Shown here: piece by piece, positions 33,395 to 41,694 of the stretch
How positions within the stretch are numbered: the stretch's first letter is position 1
How the letters are laid out: every line of letters starts with the position of its first letter
The notes under the pieces: generated by a model
Told to the model about the DNA's origin: nothing
Seen by the model: the letters and a program-made list of their open reading frames with translations, nothing else
The model's database searches: none
Made by a program: the position numbers and the translations under genes
NCBI GenBank assembly: GCA_045656985.1
Contig: JAZOSH010000014.1
Location: 6,326-70,325, forward strand
Source: Eubacteriales bacterium
Lineage (GTDB): Bacteria > Bacillota > Clostridia > Oscillospirales > CAG-272
Length of the DNA: 64,000 bases
Direction of reading: 5' to 3'

Positions 33395-33449
33395 GATGTA
33401 TTTATTTAAAAAATAAATAAAATAAAAAAAACGGAGGAAATTTTTCATT

Positions 33450-33944
33450 ATGAAAAAGAATTTGACTACGGTAATGTTTCGTGGTACAAAGGCTCAAGAG
33501 GAAGAGCTCAATGCTGTAATTGAGAGCCTTCGCGACACCCCCGGTGCTCTTATGCCTATTTTGCAGAAGGCACAGGACATTTACGGATATCTTCCTATTG
33601 AGGTGCAGAGAATGATCGCACTTAAGCTTGGCGTGTCCGTTGAAGAGGTATATGGCGTGTCTACCTTCTACTCACAGTTCGCACTCAACCCCAAGGGAGA
33701 GGTTGCAATTGCTGTATGTATGGGAACGGCTTGCTATGTAAAGGGAAGCGGCGAGCTTCTTGACAGAATCTGTGAGGTTCTCGGCATGGAGGTTGGCGCT
33801 ACATCGCCCGATGGTAAGTTCTCTATTGAGGCAACGAGATGTATCGGTGCTTGCGGACTCGCTCCCGTTCTTACTATCAATAACGAGGTTTACGGCAGAC
33901 TTCAGAAGTCTGATATTGACGGTATTCTGGCTAAATACAGATAA
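33450..33944 (+). CDS. hydC: NuoE-like [2Fe-2S] subunit of bifurcating hydrogenase
   Basis: NuoE/HydC cluster motif: CMGTAC followed by the distal Cys pair ...CIGACGLAP. Confidence 0.9.
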   Translation: MKKNLTTVMFRGTKAQEEELNAVIESLRDTPGALMPILQKAQDIYGYLPIEVQRMIALKLGVSVEEVYGVSTFYSQFALNPKGEVAIAVCMGTACYVKGSGELLDRICEVLGMEVGATSPDGKFSIEATRCIGACGLAPVLTINNEVYGRLQKSDIDGILAKYR

Positions 33945-33949
33945 TCGTT

Positions 33950-34492
33950 ATGAAAGAGCTTTCGCTTCATATACTTGATGTCGCAAAAAATTCCGTTAAG
34001 GCGGGCGCAAGTCTTATTGAAATATCAATAGAGCGCACAAGCGATGGAATGATGACAGTAAGAATTTCCGATAATGGCTGCGGTATGACCGAAGAGGTCG
34101 TACGCCGTGTCACAGATCCCTTTTATACAACGAGAACTACCAGAAAGGTAGGCCTTGGACTCCCTCTTTGGAGGCTTGCGGCTGAACAGACGGGAGGCAG
34201 AATGACGATAACTTCGTCTGTGGAAGAAGGCAAAAGTGGCACAGTGGTTGAGGCGATCTTCAATACGAACAGCATTGACTGTATGCCTATGGGAGACATA
34301 ATCTCAACGGTATGCATACTTGTGGCGGGCAGTCCTGAAAAGGATTTTATCTTTACGGATAAGTCGGAAGAAAGAGCGATATCTCTTGATACACGCGAGA
34401 TGAAGGCGGTGCTTGGAGAGGGAATATCCCTTGCAGAGCCCGAGATACAGACATGGCTTGCGGAGTATCTTCGTGAACAGTATAATAATTAA
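33950..34492 (+). CDS. stand-alone histidine-kinase-like ATPase (HATPase_c), 180 aa
   Basis: N box HILDVAKNSVKAGA, G1 DNGCGM and G2 GLGLP. No sensor, DHp or TM region. Confidence 0.7.
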   Translation: MKELSLHILDVAKNSVKAGASLIEISIERTSDGMMTVRISDNGCGMTEEVVRRVTDPFYTTRTTRKVGLGLPLWRLAAEQTGGRMTITSSVEEGKSGTVVEAIFNTNSIDCMPMGDIISTVCILVAGSPEKDFIFTDKSEERAISLDTREMKAVLGEGISLAEPEIQTWLAEYLREQYNN

Positions 34493-34517
34493 AACAAAAT
34501 AAACGGAGGAAATTAAA

Positions 34518-34886
34518 ATGAAAAGTTTAGCTGAACTTGCTGCTATCAAACAAAAGATGCAGGACAAGGTAGTTATTCGTGAGGGCGTTGCAGGCGTAAG
34601 AGTAGTTGTTGGTATGGCTACCTGCGGAATTGCGGCAGGCGCGCGTCCCGTTCTTAATGCATTCGTTGCGGGTGTAACAGAGAACGGCCTTGGCGATAAG
34701 GTAACAGTAACACAGACAGGCTGTATCGGCATCTGCCAGTATGAGCCCGTAGTTGAGATCTTCGAGGAGGGCAAGGATAAGGTAACTTATGTAAAGCTCA
34801 CCGCAGAGAAGGCACAGGAGATAGTAAAAGAGCATCTCGTAGGCGGCAAGATCGTTGAAAAGTACACGATCGGCGCTAACAAATAA
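34518..34886 (+). CDS. thioredoxin-like [2Fe-2S] ferredoxin
   Basis: 122 aa with Cys at MATCG and GCIGICQYEP. Occupies the position of the small Fd subunit seen in HydABC(D) operons. Confidence 0.75.
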   Translation: MKSLAELAAIKQKMQDKVVIREGVAGVRVVVGMATCGIAAGARPVLNAFVAGVTENGLGDKVTVTQTGCIGICQYEPVVEIFEEGKDKVTYVKLTAEKAQEIVKEHLVGGKIVEKYTIGANK

Positions 34887-34919
34887 AACTGATTTTAACA
34901 TACGAAAGGAATAAAGAAA

Positions 34920-36737
34920 ATGGTAAGAACACATGTACTTATCTGTGGCGGTACAGGCTGTACCTCTTCTGGAAGCATGAAGATCAGTGATGCGCTTACA
35001 GCAGAGATTGCCGCAAAGGGACTTGAGGAAGAGGTTAAGGTAGTCGTAACTGGTTGCTTTGGTCTTTGCGCACTTGGTCCTATTATGATAGTTTACCCCG
35101 AGGGAACATTCTACAGCCAGGTTAGTGTAGAGGACGTTCCTGAGATCGTTGAGGAGCACTTCCTCAAGGGTCGTCCCGTAGAGCGTCTTGTTTACCATGA
35201 GGTAAATGACGAGGATAAGCATCACGCAACATCGCTCTCCGAGACAACCTTCTACAAGAAGCAGAAGAGAGTTGCTCTTCGTAACTGCGGAGTTATCAAC
35301 CCCGAGAATATTGACGAGTATATCGCAATGGATGGTTATCAGGCACTTGGTAAGGTACTTACCGAGATGACTCCCGATGATGTTATCCAGACAATCCTTG
35401 ATTCCGGTCTTCGCGGACGCGGAGGCGGCGGATTCCCCACAGGTCTTAAGTGGAAGTTCGCTTCGGGCAACAGAGGCAATGTTGTAAAGTACATCGGTTG
35501 TAACGCAGACGAGGGTGACCCCGGTGCGTTCATGGACCGTTCTATTCTTGAGGGTGACCCCCACGCAGTTCTCGAGGCTATGGCTATTGCCGGATATGCT
35601 ATCGGTGCTGAAGAGGGTTACATATATGTTCGTGCAGAGTATCCTATCGCTATTCACCGCCTTGAGATCGCTATCAATCAGGCTCGTGAGTACGGACTTC
35701 TCGGCAAGAATATTTTCAATACAGGATTTAACTTCGATATTCACCTCCGCTTTGGTGCGGGCGCGTTCGTTTGCGGTGAGGAGACAGCTCTTATGACCTC
35801 TATCGAGGGTCACAGAGGTGAGCCCCGTCCCCGTCCTCCTTTCCCTGCAGTAAAGGGACTTTTCGGACAGCCCACAATCCTTAATAATGTAGAGACCTAT
35901 GCTAACATTCCCCAGATCATTCTCAAAGGCGTAGACTGGTTCAAGTCTATGGGTACAGAGAAGTCTAAGGGAACTAAGGTATTCGCTCTCGGCGGTAAGA
36001 TCACAAACACAGGTCTTGTTGAGGTTCCTATGGGAACAACACTCCGCGAGGTAATCGAGGAGATCGGTGGCGGTATTCCTAACGGAAAGACCTTCAAGGC
36101 AGCTCAGACCGGTGGTCCTTCCGGTGGATGTATACCCGCATCTCTTATTGATACTCCTATTGATTACGATAACCTTATCGCTATCGGCTCTATGATGGGT
36201 TCGGGCGGACTTATCGTAATGGATGAGGATACTTGTATGGTTGACCTTGCTCGCTTCTTCCTCGACTTCACAGTTGATGAGTCCTGCGGTAAGTGTACAC
36301 CTTGCCGTGTTGGTACAAAGAGACTTCTTGAGATACTTGACAAGATCATCGCAGGAAACGGCGAGATGGAAGACCTTGACAAGCTTGAGGAGCTCTCCAA
36401 CTACATCAAGTCTGCATCTCTCTGCGGTCTCGGACAGACTGCTCCTAACCCCGTTCTCTCGACACTCCGTTACTTCAGAGATGAGTATGTTGCTCACATC
36501 GTTGACAAGAAGTGTCCTGCGGGCGTATGTAAGAGTCTGCTCCAGTTCAAGATCGATCTTGATAAGTGTATCGGTTGCGGAATGTGCGCTAAGCAGTGTC
36601 CCGCAGACGCTATCACAAGAACCGATTATGTCGCTCCCGGCCACAAGCTCGCTTCCTTCACGATCGACACTGCAAAGTGCGTAAAGTGCGGCGCTTGTAT
36701 GGATAAGTGTAAGCCTCATGCGATCTACAAAGACTAA
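34920..36737 (+). CDS. hydB: NuoF-like FMN/NAD(H)-binding subunit of bifurcating hydrogenase
   Basis: N-terminal 2Fe-2S domain, GRGGGGFPTG FMN/NADH site, CGKCTPCR N3-type cluster, and two C-terminal CxxCxxCxxxCP motifs. Confidence 0.93.
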   Translation: MVRTHVLICGGTGCTSSGSMKISDALTAEIAAKGLEEEVKVVVTGCFGLCALGPIMIVYPEGTFYSQVSVEDVPEIVEEHFLKGRPVERLVYHEVNDEDKHHATSLSETTFYKKQKRVALRNCGVINPENIDEYIAMDGYQALGKVLTEMTPDDVIQTILDSGLRGRGGGGFPTGLKWKFASGNRGNVVKYIGCNADEGDPGAFMDRSILEGDPHAVLEAMAIAGYAIGAEEGYIYVRAEYPIAIHRLEIAINQAREYGLLGKNIFNTGFNFDIHLRFGAGAFVCGEETALMTSIEGHRGEPRPRPPFPAVKGLFGQPTILNNVETYANIPQIILKGVDWFKSMGTEKSKGTKVFALGGKITNTGLVEVPMGTTLREVIEEIGGGIPNGKTFKAAQTGGPSGGCIPASLIDTPIDYDNLIAIGSMMGSGGLIVMDEDTCMVDLARFFLDFTVDESCGKCTPCRVGTKRLLEILDKIIAGNGEMEDLDKLEELSNYIKSASLCGLGQTAPNPVLSTLRYFRDEYVAHIVDKKCPAGVCKSLLQFKIDLDKCIGCGMCAKQCPADAITRTDYVAPGHKLASFTIDTAKCVKCGACMDKCKPHAIYKD

Positions 36738-36749
36738 GGAAAGGTAAGA

Positions 36750-38498
36750 GTGCAAATGGAAACTGTAAATATTAAGATAAACGGTAGAGAATATGCCGTT
36801 CCTCAGGGTTCGACTGTTCTCGAGGCAGCCAGAATTGCCAATATAGAGATTCCCACACTCTGCTATCTCAAGGATATCAACGAGATCGGCGCTTGCCGTC
36901 TTTGTCTCGTTGAGGTGTCCGAGGGCGGCAGACCCTTCAGAATGGTAACCGCTTGCGTTTACCCTGTAACTGAGGGAATGGTAGTTCTCACAAACACACC
37001 CAAGATCAATAAGTCGAGAAAGACCAACCTTGAGCTTCTTCTCTCGAATCACGACAGAAAGTGTCTCTCCTGCGTACGCAGCACCACCTGTGAGCTCCAG
37101 AAGCTCTGCAACGAGTACGGTGTTGACGAGGAAGCATTCGCAGGAACAAAGAACCACTATGAGATAGATGATAAGACACCTATCATCAGAGATAACAATA
37201 AGTGTATCCTTTGCCGCCGTTGTGTTGCTGCATGTTCTAAGGTTCAGGGCATCGGCGTTATCGGCGCAAACGACAGAGGATTTGACACACACATCGCAAG
37301 CGCATTTGAGATCCCGCTCGCAGAGACCTCTTGTATCAACTGTGGTCAGTGTATCGTTGCTTGTCCTGTTGGCGCTCTTTATGAGAGAGACGACACAGAC
37401 AAGATCCTCGATGCTATTGCTGACCCCGCAAAGAAGGTATATATCTGTACAGCTCCTTCTGTAAGAGCACAGATCGGCGAGTGCTTCGGCTACGAGCCCG
37501 GCACCGACTGCGAGGGCAAGATGGTTGCAGCTCTCAAGGCTCTCGGTTTTGACGGCGTTTACGATATGAACCTTACTGCTGACCTTACCATTATGGAAGA
37601 GGCAACAGAGTTCCTTGGTAGAGTTAAGAACGGTGGTGTTCTTCCCATGATCACCTCCTGCTCGCCCGGATGGATCAAGTACTGTGAGCACTACTATCCT
37701 GAGTTCACAGAGAACCTCTCCACTTGTAAGTCTCCTCAGCAGATGTTTGGTGCTGTTGTTAAGACCTACTTCGCAGAGAAGAACGGTATCGATCCTAAGG
37801 ATATCGTATTCGTTTCTGCTATTCCTTGTACAGCTAAGAAGTTCGAGGTAGGAAGACCCGGTCAGTCGGCAGCAGGCGTTCCCGATGTTGATATAGCGGT
37901 TACAACCCGTGAGCTCGGCAGACTCATCGAGAAGGCTGGTATCGATTTCAAGAAGCTCGGTGATGAGCAGTTCGATATTCCTTTCGATATCGGTTCTTCC
38001 GCAGGTGCTATCTTCGGTGCTACAGGTGGCGTTATGGAGGCAGCTCTCCGTACAGCAGCAGAGGTTATCGAGGGCAAGCCTCTTGAGACCCTTGAGTTCA
38101 ATGAGGTTCGTGGTGTTGAGGGCGTTAAGCTCGCATCCTACAAGCTCGGTGGCATTAACCTTAATGTTGCAGTAGCTTCGGGTACTGCAAATGCAAAGAA
38201 GGTGCTTGACGCAGTTAAGGCAGGCGAACTCGATGTTCAGTTCATCGAGATTATGGCTTGTCCCGGCGGTTGCGTAAACGGTGGTGGACAGCCCATTCAG
38301 CCCGCAAGCGTTCGCGAGACAATCGACCTTCGTGCGGTTCGTGCAGCTGTTCTTTATAACGACGATAAGCACGCAGATATCCGTAAGTCTCACGAGAACT
38401 CTGCAGTTAAGAAGCTCTATGACGAGTATTTCGGCGAGCCCAACAGCCACAAGGCACACGAGGTTCTCCATACTCATTACATCAAGCGTGGACTTTAA
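36750..38498 (+). CDS. hydA: [FeFe] hydrogenase catalytic subunit
   Basis: N-terminal 2Fe-2S and 4Fe-4S domains. H-cluster motifs TSCSPGW, IPCTAKKFE and EIMACPGGCVNGGGQP. Start is GTG 36750 or ATG 36756. Confidence 0.93.
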   Translation: MQMETVNIKINGREYAVPQGSTVLEAARIANIEIPTLCYLKDINEIGACRLCLVEVSEGGRPFRMVTACVYPVTEGMVVLTNTPKINKSRKTNLELLLSNHDRKCLSCVRSTTCELQKLCNEYGVDEEAFAGTKNHYEIDDKTPIIRDNNKCILCRRCVAACSKVQGIGVIGANDRGFDTHIASAFEIPLAETSCINCGQCIVACPVGALYERDDTDKILDAIADPAKKVYICTAPSVRAQIGECFGYEPGTDCEGKMVAALKALGFDGVYDMNLTADLTIMEEATEFLGRVKNGGVLPMITSCSPGWIKYCEHYYPEFTENLSTCKSPQQMFGAVVKTYFAEKNGIDPKDIVFVSAIPCTAKKFEVGRPGQSAAGVPDVDIAVTTRELGRLIEKAGIDFKKLGDEQFDIPFDIGSSAGAIFGATGGVMEAALRTAAEVIEGKPLETLEFNEVRGVEGVKLASYKLGGINLNVAVASGTANAKKVLDAVKAGELDVQFIEIMACPGGCVNGGGQPIQPASVRETIDLRAVRAAVLYNDDKHADIRKSHENSAVKKLYDEYFGEPNSHKAHEVLHTHYIKRGL

Positions 38499-38508
38499 TT
38501 GATATAAC

Positions 38509-38541
38509 AAAAACCCCTTGCCTCTCGGCAAGGGGTTTTTG
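38509..38541. terminator. bidirectional intrinsic terminator
   Basis: Stem CCCCTTGCC / GGCAAGGGG with loop TCTC, flanked by an A-run and a T-run. Confidence 0.85.
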
Positions 38542-38551
38542 TTATGAATTT

Positions 38552-39235
38552 TTATGAGACGGCTTTTGCGTCTGAAATAAGCTTTTGAAGCTTCTTGATA
38601 AATTCCTCTGATGATATAGTGTCATTGAACGGCGCGGAGAAAACAAGACCGTCACTATGCTTTATTATAATGCGTACAGACTTTACTTTGTAAGTGTTTT
38701 TTTCAAAGGTCAACTCCTTTTCTTCGGTTACTGTCTCGATATCTTCAATTTCTATATAGGGTATTTCAAGAAACTCGTTTTTTACTTCTATTGAGGTGAG
38801 AGAAACTGTGCGGGACGAGATAATAAGCGCATCGGTAAGTGGGTAGAGCACAGCTTTTGTGTAACTGGAAGAGCGAAGGGAAGAATCCTTGTTTTTTCGT
38901 AGCATAAGACCCGCCTCATAGTTATATCCCTCGGCTATCTTGCTTGGAATATTTTTGAGCAAACGCTTACTGTAGCGCTTGTCTTCGGCAAGCTCCTTTT
39001 CAACACCCTCAAGCGATCTTTTAAGTGCGGTGTCAATATCACTTTCGGAGGATGTTATTATTGAGCTTATTATAAATAAGGCAACACCACCGGGAAGGAA
39101 GAGCATAGTGAGGATATAGGAGATAAATCCCCAACCTACAAGAAGCAGAATTCCACCTATTATAAGCAGAATAATGGCTACCGTCTTTATTGAATCTTTT
39201 CTTTTGAAGTAGTTGATATTGTGCTTGATGTCCAT
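38552..39235 (-). CDS. membrane protein of unknown function, 227 aa
   Basis: Two N-terminal TM helices plus a soluble C-terminal domain. Own consensus promoter. Confidence 0.6.
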   Translation of the reverse strand: MDIKHNINYFKRKDSIKTVAIILLIIGGILLLVGWGFISYILTMLFLPGGVALFIISSIITSSESDIDTALKRSLEGVEKELAEDKRYSKRLLKNIPSKIAEGYNYEAGLMLRKNKDSSLRSSSYTKAVLYPLTDALIISSRTVSLTSIEVKNEFLEIPYIEIEDIETVTEEKELTFEKNTYKVKSVRIIIKHSDGLVFSAPFNDTISSEEFIKKLQKLISDAKAVS

Positions 39236-39265
39236 AATAAGATCCTTTCTTTAGTTTCTGATCTC

Positions 39266-39294
39266 ATTATAGCATCGGCAGAATACCGAGTCAA
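39266..39294 (-). promoter_or_regulatory. SigA-type promoter (TTGACT-N17-TATAAT, TGn)
   Basis: Minus-strand read: TTGACT (39294-39289), spacer ending TGC, TATAAT (39271-39266). Confidence 0.55.
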
Positions 39295-39315
39295 TAATCC
39301 GTTGGTTGATTCGTG

Positions 39316-39804
39316 TCAACCGTTAGTTAACTCATTTTCAATTGCACTGAAGGCACTTCTTTGCTCTGCGGTGTCAAGAATGGCATAGACCACATAACAG
39401 CCGTAGCGGCGCGCTTCTGCGCCCTCAAGCTTGGGTATTTCATACGGTGCATAGCTGGAGATAAAATTCACCTGTGTGACTTGCATATCCTCAAGGTATC
39501 TATAGGTTATTTGGAGGAGCTCCTCGGCACTTTTTTCGTCAGGACAGTGAAATACACCTATCTCATTTATATCACCTGAATCTGTGGAGTAGAGCAGAGA
39601 ATAAGCATCGTGAAGATGTGTGTCCTCAAAGAAATATTTTATCTGCTCGTCACCGTAGGCAGAATATCCACCCTCAACCCTGCAGATATCAGTTGCTTTT
39701 TCGGCAAGTGCAGTACATGATAGGTCGTTTCTGTATTCGTTGTTCTTCGCACAAGCGGTAAGAGCAAGTAAAAACAAGAGCATTACGCATAAAAAACGCT
39801 TCAT
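39316..39804 (-). CDS. lipoprotein of unknown function (DUF4358-like)
   Basis: Lipobox LALTAC. The family assignment is tentative. Confidence 0.6.
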   Translation of the reverse strand: MKRFLCVMLLFLLALTACAKNNEYRNDLSCTALAEKATDICRVEGGYSAYGDEQIKYFFEDTHLHDAYSLLYSTDSGDINEIGVFHCPDEKSAEELLQITYRYLEDMQVTQVNFISSYAPYEIPKLEGAEARRYGCYVVYAILDTAEQRSAFSAIENELTNG

Positions 39805-39812
39805 ACATTCTC

Positions 39813-40571
39813 CTAAATATATCCGTGTGTTCTTATATATGCAAGTATTTGTCTGTATGCCTCTGCGGTCAGATGATGTCCGTCACCTGCCTGATAATCA
39901 AGACGCAGGCGACCATTTTCATCCTTTACTGCCTCGTCAAGAGCGAGAAATCTGCACCCCTCCTCCTCGGCAAGCTCAAGTGACCAACCGTTTATTACAT
40001 CAATATAGCGGTTGAGAGTGTCAAGGTCTACAGAATAATTCGACATATTCATGTTTTCGGCAACAGGGTATGCCGAGCCGAGGATTATCTTTGTATCGGG
40101 TGAACCTTCTCGTATTGCATAAATAAGCTTTTTATAGCAGGTCTTGTAATAATCCTTGCCCTTGCGTATATTTTGTACGGCGCCGTTAAGTCCAAATGAA
40201 AGCAGAACATATTCGGGCTTTTTTCTAGCTGCTGCCTCATGGAAGGTCAACTTTTCTCCCGTTTCTGGATAGATTATCTCGGTTTCTGCAATTGTGAGCG
40301 ACATGTTAAGTGTTCCGCTTGAGTTTGCCCATACCTGTTTTGTGTCCTTACCACCCGAGAGGACTCCACGACTTTTCAGGTGGTAGGTGGTAGACTCGCC
40401 AATAAAAATAAAGCTGTCAATATAATTCTGACCTCTGTCCTCGGTTTCGGCAAGAAGTGCCGTTTCGGTAATTCCCGAGGGAATATCGCCTTGGATATTT
40501 TGAGGTGAACATGCTGCAAGTACTATTGCAAGCAGGATACACAGAATTGTTAAAGACAGCTTTATTTTCAT
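39813..40571 (-). CDS. SGNH/GDSL-family hydrolase lipoprotein
   Basis: Lipobox VLAAC. SGNH blocks FIGESTT, FGLNG and GDGHHL. Confidence 0.7.
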   Translation of the reverse strand: MKIKLSLTILCILLAIVLAACSPQNIQGDIPSGITETALLAETEDRGQNYIDSFIFIGESTTYHLKSRGVLSGGKDTKQVWANSSGTLNMSLTIAETEIIYPETGEKLTFHEAAARKKPEYVLLSFGLNGAVQNIRKGKDYYKTCYKKLIYAIREGSPDTKIILGSAYPVAENMNMSNYSVDLDTLNRYIDVINGWSLELAEEEGCRFLALDEAVKDENGRLRLDYQAGDGHHLTAEAYRQILAYIRTHGYI

Positions 40572-40609
40572 ATTTTAAAACCTTTCGGAATTCTTGGCTG
40601 ACAGGAGAT

Positions 40610-41035
40610 TTACTTTGAAAACCTCTTTTCGTACTTCTCCTCGCTTTCGCTCTGTCTCTTATATCTTGATTTGATAACAGCAATTATGCCGCTCAAGACA
40701 AAATAGAGAATGGTATAAAGAGTAATACCTACAAAAGCTGTTGAGGGAGTGGGGGATATCGGCGCCATAAAGCAAAGATAGAAGGCAAAGGCTGTCAGCA
40801 CGAAATGTATAAGTACCCTTGCAAATGTCGGGAGAATTTTCAGTGCGAAGATATAGTTCGCAACAGAGAGAAGTAGCGAGAAGAAGAGGAAAAGCATCAC
40901 TCTGCTAGCCTCAAGAAGAATCTCGCCCGCGTCAACATTTACGAATATGACGGCAAGCGTATAGAGAATAATAATTATCGTGAAATACGCGGATGCCGAG
41001 TAGAGAATTTTTTTGATATGGTCCTTAAGCTTCAT
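40610..41035 (-). CDS. small 4-TM membrane protein
   Basis: 141 aa with four hydrophobic segments and a charged C-tail. Confidence 0.6.
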   Translation of the reverse strand: MKLKDHIKKILYSASAYFTIIIILYTLAVIFVNVDAGEILLEASRVMLFLFFSLLLSVANYIFALKILPTFARVLIHFVLTAFAFYLCFMAPISPTPSTAFVGITLYTILYFVLSGIIAVIKSRYKRQSESEEKYEKRFSK

Positions 41036-41066
41036 TATTTAAGTCCTTTCGGTAGTCTTTACAGAT

Positions 41067-41095
41067 AATGTATCATATATGCGCTTCTTTTACAA
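41067..41095 (-). promoter_or_regulatory. possible promoter (TTGTAA-N17-TACATT, TGn) for the 40610-41035 gene
   Basis: Minus-strand read. The -10 hexamer is weaker than at the other promoters. Confidence 0.35.
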
Positions 41096-41176
41096 GAGTT
41101 ATTTTGTAAATTTTTAGTCTCGTGTCCAAAATAATGAATAAATGAATGAATAATTATAGAAATATTCATTTTTCGG

Positions 41177-41205
41177 TTGACTTTTAGGGTAAATAATATT
41201 ATAAT
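41177..41205 (+). promoter_or_regulatory. SigA-type promoter (TTGACT-N17-TATAAT) for the nusB operon
   Basis: TTGACT at 41177-41182, 17-nt spacer, TATAAT at 41200-41205. Confidence 0.55.
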
Positions 41206-41286
41206 AATGTAAGATGGGTTAGTATGCTTATGCATACTTTATTTTGCATAGACGAAAGGGACCGCGATGGCGGTTTGGAAAGAAAA

Positions 41287-41694
41287 ATGACAAGAAGAGA
41301 AGCAAGAGAAGAGCTCATAAACCTTTTGTTTGAGAGCGATTTCAGAAAAGACGAGGAGGCAAAGGCAATTTTTGCTACATCTGTTGAAAACAGAGAGCTT
41401 GCCGATGATGAATATTTGAGCCGCGCTTATTTTGCGATAATGGAAAATCTTGAGAAAATAGATGCAGTTATCGGTGAGAATTCGCACGGCTGGAAGACCT
41501 CTCGCCTTGGCAGAGTATCCCGTGCTGTGCTTCGTATGGGAGTTTACGAGCTGCTTTATGAGAGTGACATTCCTTCAACTGTAACGATAAACGAGGCTGT
41601 TGAGCTTACAAAGAAGCTTGATGACGAAAAGGCGCGTCCTTTTGTGAACGGTGTCCTTAATTCGGTCAAGGATAGCCTCAAGACAAAGAAATAA
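41287..41694 (+). CDS. nusB: transcription antitermination factor NusB
   Basis: NusB-family helical protein (REAREELINLLFE...). ATG 41287 preferred; the track start at 41224 lies inside a leader hairpin. Confidence 0.85.
   Translation: MTRREAREELINLLFESDFRKDEEAKAIFATSVENRELADDEYLSRAYFAIMENLEKIDAVIGENSHGWKTSRLGRVSRAVLRMGVYELLYESDIPSTVTINEAVELTKKLDDEKARPFVNGVLNSVKDSLKTKK

Noticed and set aside
33395-33449. AT-rich spacer between the PHP gene and hydC, considered as an internal promoter or terminator.
   Set aside because: It contains only an all-A/T inverted repeat and no convincing -35/-10 pair. I cannot decide from sequence whether the hyd structural genes have their own promoter, so nothing was annotated.
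34527-38531. A 1334-aa ORF on the minus strand, the longest ORF in the window.
   Set aside because: It is exactly antisense and codon-aligned to three plus-strand genes with unmistakable Fe-S, NuoF and H-cluster motifs. Its translation is low-complexity (Leu/Cys/Ser/Thr-rich) with no motifs. It exists only because the sense genes avoid TTA, CTA and TCA. I reported it as a codon-bias observation rather than a gene.
41125-41170. TGAAT-rich direct and inverted repeats (AATGAATAAATGAATGAATAATTATAGAAATATTCATT) that look like ARG boxes, in a window that also holds argR.
   Set aside because: The spacing does not fit the TGAAT-N4-ATTCA ARG-box consensus. The flanking genes (a small membrane protein and nusB) are not arginine-related. 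The region is simply AT-rich divergent promoter DNA.
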